From Candidatus Falkowbacteria bacterium (GTDB lineage: Bacteria > Patescibacteriota > Patescibacteriia > Patescibacteriales > GWE2-39-37): DNA of 64,000 nt. This document shows, one piece after another, positions 54,804-61,626 of this stretch. Location of the stretch: positions 142,167-206,166 of the forward strand of contig JAAXUA010000001.1 of assembly GCA_013336275.1 (NCBI GenBank), given 5' to 3'. Made by a program: the position numbers and the translations under genes. The first letter of the stretch is position 1, and each line of letters begins with the position of its first letter. Under the pieces are notes generated by a model that was given only the letters and a program-made list of their open reading frames with translations, was not told the origin of the DNA and ran no database searches.

Positions 54804-55718
54804 ATGCCTATTATCGCCTTTTTTCGGGCTATCAAATTCAGCATCCAGGATATTGCCAGGAATTTCTGGCTGTCATTGGTAACTATCATCATCTTGGTCC
54901 TCGCCTTGTCCTTGGTCAATATCCTCTTGACCGTCCAAGTGGTCACCCAATCAGCCATCAACTCACTGAAGGAGAAGATCGATGTCACGCTCGACTTGAA
55001 GGCTCAAGCGCAGGAAGGTGAAATCCTGGCCTTGAAAAGCCAAGTCAGCAACCTGGACAAGGTGCGTTCAGTCGAATATATCTCCAAGGGTCAGGCAATC
55101 GAGACCTTCAGGAAAGAGCATGAGAACGACCCTGATATCCTCCAGGCTCTGCGCGAACTGAATACCAATCCCTTGACTGCTTCGCTTATCATCAAGCCGA
55201 AAGACATCGACCAGTACGACGCCCTTATCACTGACCTTAATAAGATCGACAGCCCCATTATCGACAGCCGCAACTTCGACAATCCCAAGACCATGCTCGA
55301 CAAAATCAACGTCGTGACTGACAAGATAAACCAAATCGGCGTTGCGGTCAGCTTGCTGTTCGTGCTGATCACCATCTTGGTCGTTTATAATTCCATCCGG
55401 GTGACGATTTATACCCACCAAAAAGAAATCCGGGTAATGCGCCTGGTCGGGGCCTCGAATTGGTTCATTCGCGCACCTTTCCTGATTTCTAGCATAGTCT
55501 ATACCGCCATCGGCCTGTTGCTTACACTCCTGCTTTTCTATCCTTTGCTCAACCTGATGCAGCCCTATTTGGAATATTTCTTCAACGGCTACAAGCTGAA
55601 TCTCATCACTTATTTCCAGGCTAATTTCATCATGATTTTCGGTACCCAGTTCGTCGTTGCCAGTTTGGTCAATCTTCTGGCCAGCTTCATCGCGGTCAGG
55701 AAATACTCACGCATATAA
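54804..55718 (+). CDS. ftsX: Cell-division permease-like protein FtsX
   Basis: 304 aa. TM1, large extracytoplasmic loop, then 3 C-terminal TM helices with MRLVGASNWFIR. Confidence 0.8.
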   Translation: MPIIAFFRAIKFSIQDIARNFWLSLVTIIILVLALSLVNILLTVQVVTQSAINSLKEKIDVTLDLKAQAQEGEILALKSQVSNLDKVRSVEYISKGQAIETFRKEHENDPDILQALRELNTNPLTASLIIKPKDIDQYDALITDLNKIDSPIIDSRNFDNPKTMLDKINVVTDKINQIGVAVSLLFVLITILVVYNSIRVTIYTHQKEIRVMRLVGASNWFIRAPFLISSIVYTAIGLLLTLLLFYPLLNLMQPYLEYFFNGYKLNLITYFQANFIMIFGTQFVVASLVNLLASFIAVRKYSRI

Positions 55719-55728
55719 GAATTACGAT

Positions 55729-55762
55729 AAAAAAACACCCGGATTACTCCGGGTGTTTTTTT
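55729..55762. terminator. Bidirectional intrinsic terminator
   Basis: AAAAAAACACCCGGA-TTAC-TCCGGGTGTTTTTTT. Confidence 0.8.
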
Positions 55763-55766
55763 GTTT

Positions 55767-55961
55767 CTAAAGGTCCCTGCTTTTTGAGATCTTAAAATCG
55801 TCCTGGCTGCTTTGCTCCGGCTCATCGAAAAAGCCGAGCCGGTTGATGAGTTTGATGCGATTGCGTCCGCGTAGCCGCTCCGCGCGCGAGCGGCCCTCTT
55901 TGTTCAAGTAGTAATAGGCGACCCCCAGCAAGGGAATGGCGAGGTAAATGCTTATTTCCAT
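55767..55961 (-). CDS. Small single-TM protein (hypothetical)
   Basis: 64 aa. N-terminal TM then a basic/acidic tail. No clear SD. Confidence 0.3.
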   Translation of the reverse strand: MEISIYLAIPLLGVAYYYLNKEGRSRAERLRGRNRIKLINRLGFFDEPEQSSQDDFKISKSRDL

Positions 55962-56085
55962 AGGGTAGGATTAGTTATTATCATTTTAACACATCTGTGA
56001 CTAGGAGGAAACAGCGGCTTAATATTTATTTAACATTGCCGTCATAAGGTAACCTCGGTTCATTATCAAGCCGCCTAACGGCAAA

Positions 56086-56517
56086 ATGGAGGGAGAGATG
56101 AAGGAGATGATTGAAATAGGGGTCAGGCCCAATATGATGATCGGATTGTTTTCAATAAATAGCCAGCTTCTTGATCAGCTGTGTCGGGGAGTTGAGGGCG
56201 TCAGAGTCACCCACGCCCATTGGAATGTAGCTGGAGGCGAATTGGGCTTTGTTGACCTGGTAAGGCTATGTGACGAGTTCAAGGATAAGCAGTGCGAAGT
56301 TATATTCCTTGACTGCTCCGGGATGCATATGGTCAATTTATTCGCGTGGGGTTTGCTGATGTCGCAAGCGGATAGCGCTTGGATGAAGGGCTTTGCCTTG
56401 ATTAACGCGGGGTGGCCGATTATTTCCTTTGCCAGAATGCTTAAGCTACGCGCGAATCTATCTTTCTTTTCCAGACTTAGAATTTTCACGTCTTGGCCAC
56501 CTTGCTTTGAGCAATGA
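56086..56517 (+). CDS. Hypothetical protein with weak STAS/anti-sigma-antagonist-like pattern
   Basis: 143 aa. VIFLDCSGMHMVNLFAWGLL...GFALINAGWPIISFARML loosely resembles STAS domains. The exact start is ambiguous (three ATGs at 56086-56107). Confidence 0.3.
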   Translation: MEGEMKEMIEIGVRPNMMIGLFSINSQLLDQLCRGVEGVRVTHAHWNVAGGELGFVDLVRLCDEFKDKQCEVIFLDCSGMHMVNLFAWGLLMSQADSAWMKGFALINAGWPIISFARMLKLRANLSFFSRLRIFTSWPPCFEQ

Positions 56518-56551
56518 GCGAACGGCCAGACATGGAATGCTCATTTTAATC

Positions 56552-56580
56552 AGGAGCGCACCAAGTGATGCTCCTTTTTT
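56552..56580 (+). terminator. Intrinsic terminator
   Basis: AGGAGC-12 nt-GCTCCT followed by TTTTTT. Confidence 0.55.
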
Positions 56581-56593
56581 ATTATTCAAGGCG

Positions 56594-57496
56594 TCATTTT
56601 TTGGTGAGTGCTGAGTATTTCTCTCTGAGTTTTAGTAATTTAGGGTTAATGACGGCTTGGCAGTACGGATTCTGGTCTTTGTTCTTGGCAAAGTAATCCT
56701 GGTGGTAATCCTCCGCCGCATAAAACCGATAGAGCGGAACGACTTCAGTGACGATCTTATCAGAGTAGATTCCAGAAGCGTCCAACTCCTTGATTTTGGC
56801 CAGCGCTTCGTCACGGTGCTCCAAGGTCTTGTAGAGAATGATAGAACGGTACTGCGTACCCGCATCATGGCCTTGCCGGTCCTTCGTCGTCGGATCATGA
56901 GTGGCGAAGAAGACATCCAAAAGATCGCCATAAGATATTTCATTGGGTTCAAATGCGACCTTGACCGTTTCGGCGTGGCCGGAGCCGCCGTCGCTAACCT
57001 GCTCGTATGTCGGGTTAGCAGTTTCGCCGCCGGCATAGCCTGAAATGACCCATGAGACGCCTTTGAGACTTTTGAAAATCGCCTCAGTGCACCAGAAGCA
57101 GCCGCCGCCGAAAACAGCGAACCGTTCTTCGTGCTCTTCGAACTTCCGAGGAATGAAAAACATGGACAGGGAATTGACGCAATGGCGGGCGTCCTTAGCT
57201 GTCATCCGTTCTCCCGAAAAGACATGGCCCAAGTGTGCGCCGCAGCTGGAACAGGAGATTTCGGTGCATTGGCCATCAGTGTCCAGCGTCCGTTTGACCG
57301 AACCTGGAATCTCATCATCGAACGCTGGCCAGCCGCAATGCGCATCGAACTTGCTTCCAGAATCGTAGAGCGCCGCGCCGCAGTTTCGGCACACGTAAAG
57401 GCCATCGCGATAGAAATCATCGTATTGGCCTGAAAATGGGGCTTCGGTGCCGTGGTCCACTATAACGCGCTTTTCTTCGGGAGTTAATCTTTGCAT
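56594..57496 (-). CDS. msrBA: Bifunctional methionine sulfoxide reductase MsrB-MsrA fusion
   Basis: Start at MQRLTPEE (ATG 57496). MsrB part: CRNCGAALY...HCGWPAF...CSSCGAHLGHVF. MsrA part: AVFGGGCFWCTEAIF...GHAETV. Confidence 0.85.
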   Translation of the reverse strand: MQRLTPEEKRVIVDHGTEAPFSGQYDDFYRDGLYVCRNCGAALYDSGSKFDAHCGWPAFDDEIPGSVKRTLDTDGQCTEISCSSCGAHLGHVFSGERMTAKDARHCVNSLSMFFIPRKFEEHEERFAVFGGGCFWCTEAIFKSLKGVSWVISGYAGGETANPTYEQVSDGGSGHAETVKVAFEPNEISYGDLLDVFFATHDPTTKDRQGHDAGTQYRSIILYKTLEHRDEALAKIKELDASGIYSDKIVTEVVPLYRFYAAEDYHQDYFAKNKDQNPYCQAVINPKLLKLREKYSALTKK

Positions 57497-57556
57497 ATGT
57501 TTGGCTTGATTTTTATTATAAATATAGTGCAAAAATATGAATATAAGATTAAGCGT

Positions 57557-57587
57557 AAAAAAATCCCCCGACTCGTAAATCGGGGGG
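57557..57587 (-). terminator. Intrinsic terminator (T-run on the minus strand)
   Basis: Plus strand AAAAAAATCCCCCGA-CTCGTAAA-TCGGGGGG. Lies downstream of the 57687-57938 gene. Confidence 0.7.
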
Positions 57588-57686
57588 CTTTTGTGAATCA
57601 GGCGTCCGTGACGGTCAGCCTCTTCAGCTCCTGGTCGAGCAGCTGCAGAAGCATATCATGCGGCTCCTTGAGCGATGAATAAAGTA

Positions 57687-57938
57687 CTATCGTCCTCCCA
57701 TCAAGGTGGTGGGCACGAATTCGGTTCGGCCTGACTTGTTGATTTTCAGGCTTGTCGGAATCAGGCCGGATTGGCGCAGCTTGCGAGTGACCTCAGTAAA
57801 GGTCGAGCCGTTTTCGACCCGGATTTCTTCCTCCTTGCCACTGATCAGGCCTATGATTTTGCCGACTTTCTTGCTGCCATTCTTGCTTCCTTTTCTGGTC
57901 TTGATTTCGACTCGGTACTTGATCGGCTGGTCTGTCAT
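57687..57938 (-). CDS. Hypothetical Lys-rich small protein
   Basis: 83 aa from MTDQPIKYRVEIK. AGGAGG lies 6 nt upstream of this ATG, inside the longer ORF-track version. Confidence 0.55.
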   Translation of the reverse strand: MTDQPIKYRVEIKTRKGSKNGSKKVGKIIGLISGKEEEIRVENGSTFTEVTRKLRQSGLIPTSLKINKSGRTEFVPTTLMGGR

Positions 57939-58007
57939 GGTCAACCTCCTGGACATGGGTTAAAAAATGAGCCTATTTTACCTAAAATTAGCATGTAAAT
58001 GCTTATA

Positions 58008-58038
58008 TTGTCAATCTGGCAGGGGTAAATATTGACAA
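58008..58038. promoter_or_regulatory. Divergent promoter/operator: 8-bp inverted repeat, each arm containing TTGACA
   Basis: TTGTCAAT (58008-15), 15 nt, ATTGACAA (58031-38). Candidate -10 elements TAATTT (minus) and TACTTT (plus) lie at 16-18 nt. Confidence 0.45.
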
Positions 58039-58104
58039 AACAAGATAAAAATGTTACTTTGAAGACCATTTGATCTTTTACTCTATCAGCAAAGGAGATG
58101 CGTG

Positions 58105-58437
58105 ATGAAGAAAATCATATTGCTTGTCGTATCATTTTTCGAACGTCTTGAGTGGCCTCAGACCGATTTGGATTTTTCCTCGGATTGGCAGGATCTCTTG
58201 AGGTCATTGCTGACCTCAGTCTTGGGATGGTCCATTATCATCGGTGCGGCGCTATCATGCGAGGCTCGATGGCTTCCGGAATATTTCAAGTCTGATCCCG
58301 GAAACGCAGTTGTTTTCGTTCTTGCCATCTGTTTCGGCGTCATCGGCATTCCGTTCATTCTGATCGGCATGCTCAACCTCATTTTCGGTATAGCCCTGGG
58401 ACTTCAGAACAAGTGGAGGATTTATGTCGGCAAATGA
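58105..58437 (+). CDS. Hypothetical three-TM membrane protein
   Basis: 110 aa. AAAGGAG lies 7 nt upstream of the ATG at 58105. Overlaps the next ORF by 14 nt. Confidence 0.55.
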   Translation: MKKIILLVVSFFERLEWPQTDLDFSSDWQDLLRSLLTSVLGWSIIIGAALSCEARWLPEYFKSDPGNAVVFVLAICFGVIGIPFILIGMLNLIFGIALGLQNKWRIYVGK

Positions 58438-58732
58438 TGAATTGAAAAGAGTGCTGGAAAACGTCAACAGTCTTTGCGGGCACAGCCACCCGTCTGTCGA
58501 AAATCAGCCCGGACAAGAGCAGGAGTCAAAAGACCTGAGTTCATTATCAATCGATGAGATCATCAAGATCCTTAGCGGGATCCACAAAGGCGAGTCGATC
58601 GACCCGGAGACTTTGGCTGGAGACTCATTCCACCAGTTCAACAGACACCATGACCGATTCGAAGACATCTTCTCTCTGCAACCGCTGCTTTTCAGCAAGT
58701 GCAGGGAACGGGGCGATGCCTGGACCAAGTAA
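58424..58732 (+). CDS. Hypothetical acidic/His-containing soluble protein
   Basis: 102 aa. Translationally coupled to the upstream membrane protein. Followed by a terminator. Confidence 0.5.
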   Translation: MSANDELKRVLENVNSLCGHSHPSVENQPGQEQESKDLSSLSIDEIIKILSGIHKGESIDPETLAGDSFHQFNRHHDRFEDIFSLQPLLFSKCRERGDAWTK

Positions 58733-58777
58733 TCATAATCGTAACAATGGTCATTCCGCTTAGCCGCACATCCTAAC

Positions 58778-58807
58778 AGCCCCTTCTTTTCAGGAGGGGC
58801 TTTTTTA
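58778..58807 (+). terminator. Intrinsic terminator
   Basis: AGCCCCT-10 nt-AGGGGCT followed by TTTTTT. Confidence 0.7.
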
Positions 58808-58834
58808 TTCAGAACGAAAAACCTTGAGTGCTTG

Positions 58835-59479
58835 TTAAGCTGGCGGCGACCCTTCGCAAAGGGCGACTTCGGACCTGAGCCTGAAACGGAAGGATTTTTC
58901 CATAATGGCGGCCAGGGTAATTCCCAAGAAGTCGTATATGATATCGAATATCGTATCGATCGCTTTGAGTTGTCCATAAATGCCGAACTCCTTAGTTTGA
59001 AAAAACTTGTCAGAAGCGAACTCGCCCACTTCCCAGCCAAGCCCGCAAATTATCACGATTACGACTGATATTTTCAATGATTTCATCGGAACAAGGCCGT
59101 ACCGAGTGCGGCCATACGAGGCGAGGGCAAGGATGAACAAGAGCGAGTTGGCCAAGTGGGCGAACTTGTCGAATTGGAAGCCGAAGCGGTAGAGCTGGTA
59201 GAAATAAAGTTCACCAGCGGCATTTATGATTAGAGAAAGCATGATTACGAACCTTAGAAAATAGGCAGAGTTCATACGGCACCCATCTTCGGAGCGAAAG
59301 ACAGATTTCGATATCCAGATAACTAAGGAAGAAAGGATAAAGGCGCTGCCAAAAAATCGCGGGGAATAGAACGGCGGCCACCATTCACGATTACCAAGAA
59401 GAAGCAGGAGGCCGATCGATAGCAGTAAAGCTGCTGCCGAGGTGTATATTGATTCATTGTATATCAGTTTTCGGAACAT
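58835..59479 (-). CDS. Hypothetical polytopic membrane protein (YjdF/DUF2238- or VanZ-like pattern, uncertain)
   Basis: 214 aa with 5-6 TM helices. Motifs FDKFAHLANSLLF and GLGWEVGEFASD. Confidence 0.5.
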   Translation of the reverse strand: MFRKLIYNESIYTSAAALLLSIGLLLLLGNREWWPPFYSPRFFGSAFILSSLVIWISKSVFRSEDGCRMNSAYFLRFVIMLSLIINAAGELYFYQLYRFGFQFDKFAHLANSLLFILALASYGRTRYGLVPMKSLKISVVIVIICGLGWEVGEFASDKFFQTKEFGIYGQLKAIDTIFDIIYDFLGITLAAIMEKSFRFRLRSEVALCEGSPPA

Positions 59480-59608
59480 ATATTTGTTTCTTTGTTTCCA
59501 TAATTTAATCTAATATTAAAAGATTAAATTATGGTTAAGATTCTTAATCTTGTCTTAATCAGCCGAACCTATATTTAAGATATAATTTTAAAACAATAAT
59601 ACAATTGT

Positions 59609-60733
59609 ATGAGAAAGAGAATAATTTTAGCGCTAATCATGGCGCTACTCGTCGGTCTAAACCCTGTCTTTGTCCAGGCAAGGGAGGGTGAGTCCGGAGG
59701 CAATAGCGGATCGGGAAGTTCTGACTCCGGCAGCGGATCGGATGATTCTAGTTCTAGTGGTTCATCCAGTTCGAGCGGATCGGATGATTCTAGCGACTCT
59801 GGCCGCTCATCATCGAGCAGCAGCTCAGATGATTCTAACAGCGGCATGGAAGTCGAGACTGAGCATGGAGTCACTTTCCTCAAGCCTCATGGCGTTTCTG
59901 GCGGCGATGCTGCCAGGACACTGGGTCTTGGATCGGAAGGCATGGAAGTCGAGACTGAGCATGGAGTCACTTTCCTCAAGCCTCATGGCGGCAATCGCAA
60001 TGCCGCATTGGAAAACAATCTGTCAGGCCGGATCGTCTTGCAGGTACAATCCAGGGGCGAGGCCTGGTATGTCGATCCAGTGACCAAATCAAGAGTCTTT
60101 TTGGGACGTCCGGATGACGCTTTCAAAGTCATGCGCGAACACGCCCTGGGCATCACGGATGACAATCTGGCACAGATTGCCCGCAGTGACGAGAACCGCC
60201 AAAGCGGCACCATCGCTAGACGCCTGGCTGGACGCATCGTCTTGCAGGTAGAGGGAAGCGGTGAAGCCTGGTACATCAATCCATTGACTCTTAAGCGCCA
60301 TTTCCTTGGCCGTCCAGCCGACGCTTTCAAAGTCATGCGCGGTTTGGGCTTGGGCATTACGGATGACAATCTCAACCGTGTCAGGATGTTAGTTGGAAAC
60401 GTGGGGCAGAGAAAGTTAATCGTCTCCTTGTTAGCTGACAGCAGCTCTGGACAGAGCGGCTATGCTGAGATCAAAGAAGTTAACGGCAAGGCCAAAGTCG
60501 AAATCCGGCTCTCTGGTGCTCCGTTGAACTCAATCCAACCGGCACATATCCACGTCGGCAACCGTCCTAACCTCGGCGCAGTGAAATATCCGTTAAGCAA
60601 CGTGGTAAACGGCTTCTCGGAAACGACATTGAGCATCTCGTTTGACCAGCTGCTATCCGAGCGGCCATTGGGCATCAACGTCCATAAGTCAGCGACTGAG
60701 ATGGCAATTTCCGTAGCCAGCGGCAATCTATAG
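59609..60733 (+). CDS. Secreted modular repeat protein (Ser/Asp-rich linker, 2x17-aa repeat, 2x~55-aa repeat domain, C-terminal CHRD-like region)
   Basis: 374 aa. Signal peptide ...NPVFVQA|RE. GMEVETEHGVTFLKPHG occurs twice. GRIVLQV..GEAWY..P.....FLGRP.DAFKVMR..LGITDDNL occurs twice. C-terminal QPAHIHVG...NVHKS. Confidence 0.7.
   Translation: MRKRIILALIMALLVGLNPVFVQAREGESGGNSGSGSSDSGSGSDDSSSSGSSSSSGSDDSSDSGRSSSSSSSDDSNSGMEVETEHGVTFLKPHGVSGGDAARTLGLGSEGMEVETEHGVTFLKPHGGNRNAALENNLSGRIVLQVQSRGEAWYVDPVTKSRVFLGRPDDAFKVMREHALGITDDNLAQIARSDENRQSGTIARRLAGRIVLQVEGSGEAWYINPLTLKRHFLGRPADAFKVMRGLGLGITDDNLNRVRMLVGNVGQRKLIVSLLADSSSGQSGYAEIKEVNGKAKVEIRLSGAPLNSIQPAHIHVGNRPNLGAVKYPLSNVVNGFSETTLSISFDQLLSERPLGINVHKSATEMAISVASGNL
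59843..59990 (+). repeat. Perfect 52-bp direct repeat (59843-59894 and 59939-59990), period 96 bp, inside the CDS
   Basis: GGCATGGAAGTCGAGACTGAGCATGGAGTCACTTTCCTCAAGCCTCATGGCG occurs twice without a mismatch. Confidence 0.95.
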
Positions 60734-60751
60734 ACAACTGAATATAATAAT

Positions 60752-60780
60752 AAAAGACGGAGCTTTACGCTCCGTCTTTT
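60752..60780. terminator. Bidirectional intrinsic terminator
   Basis: AAAAGACGGAGC-TTTAC-GCTCCGTCTTTT. Confidence 0.8.
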
Positions 60781-60783
60781 ATA

Positions 60784-60997
60784 TTGCTCGGGGACAGGGA
60801 TTTTCGCCTCACCAGTCCGCCGTCGCAGACCGGTTCGTTGCCCCGGGCAGCGCAGAAGTGATTCCCATCACTTCTGCGGCGTTCGACTGCGATGTTGCTC
60901 TGGTGAGCAACATCTTGCTCGCTGCTGCCCGTTCGAATCCCACTCCAAAATAAATAATAAAATAGAGCACATCTGGTGAAGTGCTCTATTTTATTAT
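60784..60997. other. tRNA-Gln 3'-end duplicate (60784-60802) plus ~150-nt highly structured non-coding insert plus 15-bp hairpin (60956-60995)
   Basis: The 19-nt TTGCTCGGGGACAGGGATT is repeated perfectly at 60998-61016. Nested helices: 60808-15/60900-07, 60822-28/60887-93, and an 11-12-bp hairpin at 60852-77. An alternative 10-bp hairpin lies at 60891-60914. Confidence 0.7.
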
Positions 60998-61000
60998 TTG

Positions 61001-61071
61001 CTCGGGGACAGGGATTCGAACCCCGATTGACTGGACCAAAACCAGCTGTCCTACCATTAGACGATCCCCGA
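61001..61071 (-). tRNA. tRNA-Gln (anticodon UUG)
   Basis: Reverse complement is TCGGGGATCGTCTAATGGTAGGACAGCTGGTTTTGGTCCAGTCAATCGGGGTTCGAATCCCTGTCCCCGAG. Cloverleaf with a U1-A72 pair. CCA is not encoded. Confidence 0.9.
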
Positions 61072-61193
61072 ATGTTTCTATGATTCTATTGCATATTCGG
61101 GACAAGCCCCGAATATTTTTGTTTGGAAATGAAAAAACCACGAGGTGGTTCATTGCTATCTTACTATATCTTGCCTCTTCTTGTCAAAACAGG

Positions 61194-61221
61194 AAAAAGG
61201 GTTCGAAAATCGAACCCTTTT
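61194..61221. terminator. Bidirectional intrinsic terminator
   Basis: AAAAAGGGTTCGA-AAA-TCGAACCCTTTT, 2 nt after the stop of the 53-aa ORF. Confidence 0.75.
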
Positions 61222-61223
61222 AA

Positions 61224-61385
61224 TCAGATGGTCTGGCTAGAGGCCAGGCTATCCAAGGCGGCGTTGGCAAGGAGCAGGATTTTAGTAATCAGTTCGATTA
61301 CTTGAGTTGCCACGTCCGGAAGGGTAGCGCGTAAGACCAAGATGGATAAGAGGAGCGATAGCGCCCCAGACATTGCTTTAAACAT
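61224..61385 (-). CDS. Candidate 53-aa hydrophobic peptide (MFKAMSGALSLLLSILVLRATLPDVATQVIELITKILLLANAALDSLASSQTI)
   Basis: ATG-initiated ORF between a structured ~125-nt leader and a terminator. No SD. Coding status is uncertain. Confidence 0.3.
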   Translation of the reverse strand: MFKAMSGALSLLLSILVLRATLPDVATQVIELITKILLLANAALDSLASSQTI

Positions 61386-61519
61386 ATGTTTATTATGCTT
61401 AAGAAGGGGGACTATCGGTCGACTAACCGATTGGCGTATATATCCGCAAACCCTTCCAGTGACTGGCGCCTGAAGCGCCAAGCACCGAAAGGTTTGCGGC
61501 AATTTTTAAGGGACAAATC

Positions 61520-61548
61520 AGGATAGCATAAATTTGTCCTTTTGTCAA
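61520..61548 (-). promoter_or_regulatory. Sigma70-like promoter (minus strand) flanked by an inverted repeat
   Basis: On the minus strand: TTGACA (61548-43), 17-nt spacer, TATCCT (61525-20). AGGACAAAT...ATTTGTCC arms bracket the -10. Confidence 0.5.
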
Positions 61549-61566
61549 TCCTGGATGAATTTAGGT

Positions 61567-61599
61567 AAAAAAATGCCTCCAAGTGGTAAGCTTGGAGGC
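61567..61599 (-). terminator. Intrinsic terminator of the 255-aa gene
   Basis: GCCTCCAAG-TGGTAAG-CTTGGAGGC with an A-run on the plus strand (T-run on the minus strand). Confidence 0.7.
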
Positions 61600-61626
61600 G
61601 AAAGTGACCAACGGTGCGGAATCAGC

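Noticed and set aside
57598-57686. 18-aa ORF (MLLQLLDQELKRLTVTDA) with an upstream AAGGAG, between the 83-aa gene and its terminator
   Set aside because: It is too short and unsupported. It could be chance within a 3' UTR. It is noted but not called.
60803-60955. Structured insert considered as tmRNA, SRP RNA, group II intron domain V or a tRNA intron
   Set aside because: tmRNA: a GGGAUUCGAAC-GGG stretch resembles the tmRNA 5' region, but there is no matching acceptor stem, no tag ORF, and the length is only ~150 nt.
SRP RNA: the apical stem is a perfect 11-12 bp helix without the SRP domain IV internal loops.
Group II domain V: there is no bulge or AGC triad.
tRNA intron: no 5' tRNA half is present.
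61224-61502. 92-aa TTG-initiated version of the small minus-strand ORF
   Set aside because: The N-terminal 39 aa are translated from the hairpin-rich leader and are R/C-rich and non-protein-like. Only the ATG-initiated 53-aa version is retained, at low confidence.
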